From Octopus vulgaris (lineage: Eukaryota), in assembly GCA_951406725.2 (NCBI GenBank), contig OX597818.1:120094001-120158000 (forward strand): a stretch of DNA of 64,000 bases. Reading direction: 5' to 3'. The position numbers and the translations under genes were made by a program. Shown here piece by piece: positions 55,064-64,000 of this stretch (position 1 is the stretch's first letter; each line of letters opens with the position of its first letter). Under the pieces are notes generated by a model. It did not search any database. It saw nothing but the letters and a program-made list of their open reading frames with translations, and had not been told where the DNA came from.

Positions 55064-55449
55064 CTAGCAGTATAGCCCAGCGTTGCTTGGGCTTGTTTTC
55101 TTTTCAATCCTTTACAATTGGAATTTTGAAAAGTAAATATCTTGCATAATGTAGCTTGTTATTCTCTTTAGGTGAACATTTTTCTGGTTGAAATACTCTG
55201 AAAATGGTGACACAGCAGTCAAAAAATTGTAAAAAATAGGGATTTTTATAGAAAACAAGCACCTTTTTGATGTAAATAATTTTTGGTGTTTATATGGTTT
55301 GAATTCTGTCTTCTACGGAAGGAAGAGCAAGCCTTCTTCTATCATACTCTCAATTTTGGTCAACTTGCGCTGCAGGGTCTCAGAGATAGTGTTAGTTGAA
55401 GGCTACCAAACCTGCCATACACAGACAACTTAAGCTTTATATATAGAGA
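55064..55449 (-). mobile_element. Helitron-like non-autonomous element
   Basis: Minus strand starts tctctatatataaag and ends with a subterminal hairpin (gcccag-cgttgc-ttgggc, 55075-55092) followed by CTAG|T. Confidence 0.6.
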
Positions 55450-55785
55450 GGTTAGAACTTTTAGGTAAATAGGGAGATTATGTTCAGAAAGAAAACAACT
55501 TGTGAATAAATGGAAAAATAATTGTATTATGCAAAAATATTTGGTCCCTGAATGACAGTAGCATGGTGACAGAAACAAAACTGTTATTCAGTTATGGGGC
55601 TCTTGACTTTAGCAAAGTAAAAGAAGTTAGTAATCAGATCTTGGAGTGAAAGCAATTAAATTATATCAACTAACATTATAGTACTTTTAATGACTACATA
55701 ATAGTTTATAATAGTATTCTTAAATGTGAGTCACAGACACAAAAAGCCAGAAATACAAACATACATATATATATATATATATAAG

Positions 55786-56130
55786 TTAATCCAAACATGA
55801 AAACACAAAGAGAAAACACAACAATGCGAGGACGTGGAACAAATATAGTATTATTGGACGCTGGGGAAGGAAGAGAAGAAGGAGAGTTTTACGTTTCGAG
55901 CGGAGCTCTTCATCACAAACATAGGAAAAGGAAAGATCCAGAGAAGGGAAGACGGAGCCACTACACACATTTTTTTTCTCTCCTTGTTTCTTTCTGTGTT
56001 CCTTTCTGTGGAAGAGCGTAGGCTCAAAACGTAAAAGACGTTTTCAATTCCTGAGCATTATACTAATACATCTGTTTTGTTTTCTACACCAACTGTCTTC
56101 GTCTTTTGTTTTTTTCATGAATTCTCCCTA
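55786..56130. mobile_element. Divergent pair of Penelope-like terminal repeats, each with a decayed HHR (55886-55920 minus; 56002-56037 plus)
   Basis: Minus: GUUU GUGAUGA A GAG CUCCG CUC GAAA CG UA AAAC; plus: CUUU CUGUGGA A GAGC GUAG GCUC AAAA CG UA AAAG; (TA)n on both sides. Confidence 0.7.
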
Positions 56131-56871
56131 TATATATATATATATATATATGGGGTAAATGTTTTTATTTTTCATTACCTTTCAAAATTACAACTATTAG
56201 TGGTTTGTAGTTTAACTACTCTTTCTAGCAAGTCAGATGTCCTGTTATGGCCATCTCTTATGTGTTTAAATGTACACTGTATTTATATATAATATATAAT
56301 ATATAACATATATATTATATAGAAACACACACACACAGATATAAATAAATACACACATATTTGTACGTATCACAGCAAGAAACTGAGAAGCGGGCAGCAA
56401 TATGGAATTTCTTCACCAAAAAGCTAATCACATAAGAATGGCCATTGCAAAGGTGATAATTCTGGCAGTGTTCCAGCATGGCCACTATAGTCAATGAAGA
56501 ATTTATGAGTCAGGAAAAGCAGGCATTCATGTATTTGTCATTAGAGTGGGTTTATTAATTATTTATACAACGCCATTTCTTCTCTGGGTTTTTCCCACGG
56601 TATTTTCTTTCCTACTTTTTACAATATCTGCAAGCTAGATGTGACATTTTGTGACTTCCAGTAGCAAAGAATAATACTATGTGCCATATTACTTCTACCA
56701 GCCTTTCTGACAAGTGCCAAGATTGGTTTTACCAAATTCTTAATATATAAATATTAGTAGTTTACTTAACCAAAGTGATACTAATAACCCGGAACTAGAA
56801 TTCAGTTTACACATGCTTTGTAAAAAATGCATATGTTGAGTACAGAGCATATTTTGAGATTATGGAATGAA

Positions 56872-57040
56872 CTTCATTGGCTTACAGTTGTTTCTGCTAT
56901 AAGGTGCAGTGCACTCTCGGCTTCATCAGAGCTTCAAAGATGAAGTGTTGCTGTATTCTGTTTTTGAATGTAGGCATCAACGTCATATCAATTATGAATG
57001 CATTGCATCTTATAGCAGAAACAGCTGTAAGCCATTAAAG
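56872..57040. mobile_element. Fold-back element with HHR on minus strand (56880-56932)
   Basis: Arms 56872-56916 / 56996-57040; minus: GCU CUGAUGA AGC..GUGC ACU GCAC..GCA GAAAC AACU GUA AGC; same family as 20921-21203. Confidence 0.7.
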
Positions 57041-57110
57041 TTTATATGTATGTATATATATATATATATATATATACATATTAAATATTTATATATATAT
57101 ATATATATAT

Positions 57111-57163
<53 letters not shown>

Positions 57164-57189
57164 CATATATATATATGTGTGTATATATA

Positions 57190-57450
57190 TTGCCTGTGGC
57201 ACATTGAGTCCTTGAGCAAGACACTTTATTTCACATTGCTGAAATCCACTCCGCAAATGAAACTGAGTTGTACCTGTAATTCAAAGGGTCTGCGTTGTCA
57301 CATTCTGTGTCTTGTCGAATCTCTCTGAGAACTACTTTAAGGGTACGTGTGTCTGTGGAGCGCTCAGCCACTTGCATGTTAATTTCACATGCAAGCTGTT
57401 TCATTGATTGAATCAGCTGGAACCCTCGTCGTTATAACTGACGGAATGCC
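57190..57450 (+). mobile_element. SINE family C (5' truncated)
   Basis: gtccttgagcaagacac...aagggtacgtgtgtctgtggag...aaccctcgtcg. Confidence 0.75.
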
Positions 57451-58194
57451 TTGCACGCGTGCGTGCGTGTGTGTGTGTGTATGTATGTGTGTGTGTGCAT
57501 ATACACACATAGCTAGATAAAGAGAAGGAGAGAGATATGAAAAGGTAACACATGGAAGATAGATAGGTACACATATGGTAACAGGTAGATAGACAGCTAT
57601 ATTAGATGGGAGTAATAAAACAGACAGGTAAATAGATCACACAGAATTAGAGAAATAAATAAATAAATAAAGAGAAAATGAGAGAAAGAGAGAGAGAAAT
57701 AGGAAAAGACCAAGTATGAAGGCAAAGTAGAACTGAAGAATTACTGCTGATAGTGAGAAGGAAATTGAAGTATGCCAAGTTGTTGAAATTAAGGAAATTA
57801 ATACATTCCAGACATATCAGAGGGGAAAAAAAAAACCTAACAAAATATGTAAGAAACAAACCAACAAAAAATATAAAATAAGAAACAGGAACAAATATTT
57901 GTAATGCTAAAATCATTAAAGACTGTTATTTTCTCTTTCAACAGATCAATTCTGCATTGATGCTTTCGGTGCCACAAGAAGCATCTCATGACATCCTGTT
58001 GTAACAGGCACCACTTGAAGCAGTCTGTATGTGGTTGCTTGCTCTGCTAGAAAGAGCACCCCAATCTTCCTCAATTTACACACCACTGTTTTGGGATACT
58101 CTTTACTTGTTTTACTCTTTTACTTGTTTCAGTCATTTGACTGCGGCCATGCTGCAGCACCGCCTTTTTTTGTCGAGCAAATTGACTCCAGGAC

Positions 58195-58524
58195 TTCGTA
58201 CGTGGCCGTTGCTAGCGCCGCCCTGACGGGCCTCTGTGCCGGTCGCACGTAAAAAGCACCATCCAATCGTGGCCATTGCCAGCCTCGTCTGGCCCCCATG
58301 CCGGTGGCACGTAAAAAGCACCATCTGACCGTGGCCGTATGCCTGTGCCGGTGGCATGTAAAAAGCACCCACTACACTCATGGAGTGGTTGGTGTTAGGA
58401 AGGGCATCCAGCCGTAGCAACATTGCCAGATCAGACTGGGTCTGGTGCAGCCTTCTGGCTTCCCAGATCCCAGTTGAACTGTCCAATCCATGCTAGCATG
58501 GAAAGCAGACGCTAAATGATGATG
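58195..58524 (+). mobile_element. RTE 3' UTR copy, CpG-rich
   Basis: Subrepeats plus tail; preceded by a minus-strand SINE A tail (58100-58195). Confidence 0.8.
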
Positions 58525-58526
58525 AA

Positions 58527-58737
58527 TCCTTTTGTTACCATATCTATTTTGAGATGCTCTGTGTTTCTTTCAATTAGTTGTAAATATAACAAAGAATTTA
58601 GTAAAATAACTTAGTTATTATTAAGCTGGTGGTAGGAACATAAATTGTAACTTAGGTTTTGTGGAAAATTTTAATTCAGAACTTTTGAAAACAAGACATT
58701 TATACTACAAAGCTAGGCTGGTACTGAAAGGGTTAAA
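58527..58737. mobile_element. piggyBac-type MITE, same family as the 29610-30451 array
   Basis: Shared internal sequence; ends aaaggg|ttaa. Confidence 0.7.
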
Positions 58738-58896
58738 ACCATTTAAGTTTTTGATTTAGGTACATGGCCAGCAATTTTGAGAGGAGACGGTGAGTCGTTA
58801 TGACTGGCTCCAGTATTAAACTGGAATTTTCTTCTATCAAACATGGAGCGATGAAAGGTACAGTTGACCTCGTTGTGATTGAAACTCAGTCCATAA

Positions 58897-59000
58897 AGGG
58901 TTATGGTTAGAGTTAAGGCTAGGGGTAAGGTTAGTGTTAGGATTAAAGTTAGAGTTAAGGTTAGGGTTAGGGATAAGCTAAGGTTAGTGTTAGGGTTAAG
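58897..59000 (+). repeat. Degenerate TTAGGG-like hexamer tract
   Basis: ~17 hexamers such as ttaggg, ttaagg, ttagag, ttagtg. Confidence 0.75.
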
Positions 59001-59417
59001 ACGAAACAAAAAATTCAAACTATGTGGGACACATTGGTAACATAAAAAAATTCTAGAAAAGTAGGAAACTTTGGTAATTGGTAAGTTTGGTTGTCATGAA
59101 CTGTGAAACAAATCTGAAGTTTCACAGACAAAAGTGGTTTAACAGAACAATAAAGTGATGTAATGGCTAGTGAAAGTGGAAAATATGTGAATAATTTAAA
59201 ACATGGAGACAGGAAATAGAAGAGGAGATTGCAGTAAATAAGAGAAGTGGATTGTGTTGAGTGGGGTTGTGAGATGGTCTGATGGAACCAATAGGGAAAA
59301 ATCATATATGATATAAAATATTCTTATTTAACTTGATGGCTTGTATAGAGTTCCATATTAGATAATGATATAAGCTCAAACTAGCATACCTCCATATATG
59401 GCAAATGCATACATATT

Positions 59418-59471
<54 letters not shown>

Positions 59472-59658
59472 AAAAAAGGGGTTTCTGTGATTGTGTATAG
59501 AGGGATATATATATTATTCAAAGAAATTCCAACTCTGTCTGTTTTTTATGTTTTATTTATATTCTTTATAATATTCTTTATAATATTAATGTACAATATA
59601 GAATATATAGTATAAAAAGTATATATAGTAGTATAATGAAATGAAGTATTGATTGTCT

Positions 59659-59850
59659 TATTGAATATAAAATATTAAGGGACTAGTGTACTTTCTTGCA
59701 TTAAAGCAGTCTTCAAGGTCCCAGCTTGTGACAGGAGTGTTTCAACTGTTGAGTGTTTCATAGTTGAAACACTCCTGTCACAAGCTGGGACCTTGAAGAC
59801 TGCTTTAATGCAAGAAAGTATACTAGTTCCCTAATATTTGATATTCAATA
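59659..59850. repeat. Near-perfect 192-bp hairpin with HHR-like motif in each arm
   Basis: 59689-59747 is the exact reverse complement of 59762-59820 (59 bp), extending to 89 bp with 4 differences; arm reads GGGAC CUUGAAGA C UGC UUUAAU GCA A GAAA GUA(U/C)AC UA GU(U)CCC. Confidence 0.9.
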
Positions 59851-60292
59851 TTTCATCTATGGGAAAAAAATGCGTATTATACTCGAAGATTTACGGTATT
59901 TGTATCTTATTGAATAAGTATAAATTAAAGTGTGTATATTGTTTTCAAGTGCTGGTCGCATTGTAAGCAAATAAAAGCCTAAGTTCACTGCTGTCTTTTT
60001 TTGAACTGTTGATATACTTTACAAGAACTTTGGCATCATGCAGTGCTTGAGAAGAAAACCCATCAAACCAAGCAAAATTGCATTCCTTGCAGACACTGCT
60101 TGTGTCATGCAAATGGCACCCATGTTGGTGGCATGTAAAAGCACCCACTTCACTGTTGGAGTGGTTGGCATTACGAAGGGCATCCAGTTGTAGAAAACCA
60201 TGCTAAATCAGACTGGAGTCTGGTACAGCTTTCCAGATTACCAGCCCCAGTCAAACCGTCCAACCCATGCCAGCATGTAAAACAGACATTAA

Positions 60293-60515
60293 CCCTTTAG
60301 TGTTTAAACTGGCCATATCCGTCCGAAGTTTTCTACCTATTTTATGTTTAAACTGACCAGATCAGGGCTCTCACACCTAACCTACATTGACATTATATAA
60401 AAATAAACAATCACATCATTGAAACCTCAAAACTATAAGATAATACATGATTAATTAAAAACAATTTGAGTAAAGATAATATTACATTTATCAGAGTAAT
60501 CTGAACACTAAAGGG
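60293..60515. mobile_element. piggyBac-type MITE (second family) nested in an RTE tail
   Basis: TIRs ccctttagtgtt / aacactaaaggg; TTAA left, TAAA right; interrupts ..acagacattaa|(aat)(gat)n of the RTE tail spanning 60020-60545. Decayed relative at ~46260-46497. Confidence 0.75.
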
Positions 60516-60950
60516 TAAAATAATAATGATGATGATGATGATGATATATTCATATATACATCTATGATGCATATACACATGTAGGGATCTTCATGTGTAT
60601 CTTATCTTCCATGCATTCCCATTGGTATATCCTCATTGTATCATGAAACAGCTACCAGCTTCTGTTTAGAAATTTAAAATTCCTCAGTAAGCAATATGCT
60701 TTGAGTGTTGCATTGAGGTAATAAACAGCATCTAATATAAAACACATGTAGTAAACCCCAACCCACCAAAGGCAGGGTGACTGTCTGTGTGTCTGTTCAC
60801 TCTTCTTTTTTTTTTTAGGTCAACCTTCATAAAATGCAATTTCACAGCAAATGACAATCTTCAAAGCAGACTGATACACCTCAAATGCTCTGCTTTGTTA
60901 AAATATAAATAGTCATATAGGCACGTTTGTGTGTGTGTGAGTGTGTGTGT

Positions 60951-60995
<45 letters not shown>

Positions 60996-61054
60996 CTGAA
61001 TGTGTATCAACACATTTGCTAAGTAAGCATCTTAATTACATAGCCAAACCCACA

Positions 61055-61610
<556 letters not shown>

Positions 61611-63021
61611 TACCTTTGAAAGTTTTGAATTTGTCAACAAGAGAATAAAAGTACTCAATATACATGTTTTAGAATGTATCATTTGTTTAAACTAAATTTC
61701 TTTTTTTGTTGTTGTTGTTGTTGTTGTTGTTGTTACTTTACCTTGCAATTTGAGCACACAAGAAAAAGAATTCTGTCCACACATATATGTGTATGTGTAC
61801 ACATACATAAACATTTGTGAGGATGGTGTCAGGTATCTTATGAACCAGACAAGATTACCATTGCACTGTTATCATAGCATGCACATAAAAATAAACTTTA
61901 AAAAAGATAAAGGTTAAAATATCTACAATAAACAAATACCCACATACACATTTCGCAGAAGAATCTTAAGCTGACTGAACTAACACACTTCTCAGATCTT
62001 TAACTAATCTACTGTCTCATGTTGGCTCTTTATTTCGTAAGTGCCAATTATAATGCTATAAAGTTTGATACCGAACTACTACAAAATGCAAAAAAATAAA
62101 TGATTTCTGCAAACATTACTAAGAATAGATGGGCGGTATGGTGCTAAGAAGAGAAAGAAATGGTAAAAAAAAAAAAAATCTATGTTAATGTAGAACTTCG
62201 CATCTTATGAAGAAATGAGCAAAAATACTTTTGGTTTTGTTTTCATATGTATAGAACCAATGGAACCATTTTATGTATTTCTTTATTTTAAGTCGTAAGA
62301 ATCTGTGATTCTGCAAGGAATGTAAATAAAATCTCTTCAACAAATATAAACAGAGATAAGAACAAATTCTTCAGTTTTAAGAACAATTATCCCTTTCTTT
62401 ATCAGGAAAAGTATTTATAAAAAAAATAACAACAACCATTAAATAAATAAATGAATAAATAAAGATGGCAAGAATCGCTGTTCAGAAGGTAACACCGTGT
62501 TTGTATTTTGGTATTACTGGAAGAGAAATGCAGTAATCAGGTCTATTAGCCTGGTTTTTATGCTTTTATTTACCCTTTCATTTTGATGGATACTGGAATG
62601 ACTGCGCCGTTATAGAATTTGGTTCTGCCTATTGTGTGGCATCTGAGACAAGTGCCTCCACTATACTCTCAAATCCTTGACAAATATCATGACAATCTGA
62701 GAATCTAGTTCAACTTAGAATTTTATGTTCAGAGTATCTGTATCTATGGAATATTCAGCTAGTTGCATGTTAATTTAATGGATTGGATATTTGGTCGATA
62801 GAACAACTGAATACTCATCAAAACTGAGACAGGAACCATTATTATACCAACAGAAACATGGATGATAATAATAATTATTGGCAACAGAGGCATCATTAAT
62901 ATCAAACGGTAATGCTTGTCTCCCATTAGGGGCAATGAGTTAGCACACTGGGCAAAATGCTTAGCAGTATTTCGTCTGCCGTTACATTTGGAGTTCAAAT
63001 TCTGCTGAGGTCGACTTTGCT

Positions 63022-63085
63022 GAGTGATGCGATTAAGGAGGACCCTTGCAAGTATCTTTCCAGCACTGACAAGGAGAGTAGACAT
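63022..63085 (-). mobile_element. Isolated RTE reverse-transcriptase fragment fused to a SINE B head (62930-63020)
   Basis: Minus strand STLLVSAGKILARVLLNRI resembles the RTE RT motif ISLLSxAGKILARxLLNR. Confidence 0.6.
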
Positions 63086-63789
63086 GGACAAAGCTAAACT
63101 CCATCACCATCATCATCACAAGCCACCTCTAACGTCTTTTAACTTTTAACACCTCTCTTTACTACCGGGTCTCTCTTTAGCAAATAGCATTTTCTTAAAT
63201 AAGCAATCTAAACATGACAGATTATCTTGTATGTCAATCAATGAAATATTTGTTTTAGCTGCATAATTTCACCACTGAATCTTCCTGATAAACACGCTGT
63301 TATCTAATATATTAATATATCACTGTACATTTATGTACATCATTGAAGAAATTTTATATCTTATAACCAGCTCATCATTAGCCTACATTTGATAACACTA
63401 ATTCCCAGACTGCAGCTTAAATTATATAAATATGTGTGTTTATGTTTGTGTGTATGCACGTAAGGTAATGTAAGGCCACAAAGATCAGAGCTTAACTGCA
63501 GCTCTTGGTAGTCCAAATTGGATATGCAATCTATGTGGGTGTCTCTTCAAAACATCGTCTATTTTAAAAAGCTACATCAGATGCCATGATGGTTCGAAGG
63601 TGTGGGTGCAGGAGGTGGTCAAACTATATATATATATACATATATATATGTATGTATATTATTTGCATGTCCACAAACATTCATACAAACACCCACACAT
63701 GTAAATGTAGATAAAAGCCACAATGTTTTGTGGTTAAAATCTCAGTTTCAGCTTCTGAAATAAAACTAATCTATTTTTCTTCTTTTTTA

Positions 63790-63985
63790 ATTCTTTTATT
63801 CTTTTCAGTTATTTGACTGTGGCCATGCTGAAGCACCACCTTTAGTCGAACAAATCGACCCCAGGGCTTATCCTTTGTACTTATTGTATCGGTCACTTTT
63901 GCCAAACTGCTAAGTTACAGGGATGTAAACACACCAACATCAGTTGTCAAGTGATGGTGGGAGGGACAAACACAGACCCACAAAA
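63790..63985 (-). mobile_element. SINE family A 3' half (minus)
   Basis: Reverse complement of the SINE A tail. Confidence 0.8.
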
Positions 63986-64000
63986 AGATGCACATACATC

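Overview
AT-rich, repeat-saturated eukaryotic (animal) intronic/intergenic DNA; the SINE/RTE/microsatellite landscape resembles an octopus (coleoid cephalopod) genome, which is an inference from pattern recognition, not a search. I could not support any host protein-coding exon: nearly all listed ORFs are translations of microsatellites or SINEs. Recognisable content: dozens of tRNA-derived SINEs (at least three families), a decayed RTE-clade LINE with a PHD-like finger plus many copies of its 3' tail, other LINE scraps, hAT/piggyBac/mariner MITEs and a Helitron-like element. The most notable signal is a dense set (about 14) of minimal type I hammerhead ribozyme (HHR) motifs, four with intact catalytic cores. 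These include a 1.39-mer of a 474-nt HHR-bearing unit (48687-49343) that looks like a retrozyme/circular-RNA-derived insertion, a tRNA-headed element carrying an HHR (28768-29062), and several fold-back elements with HHR halves in their arms. All alignments and foldings were done by eye; repeat boundaries without TSDs are approximate.
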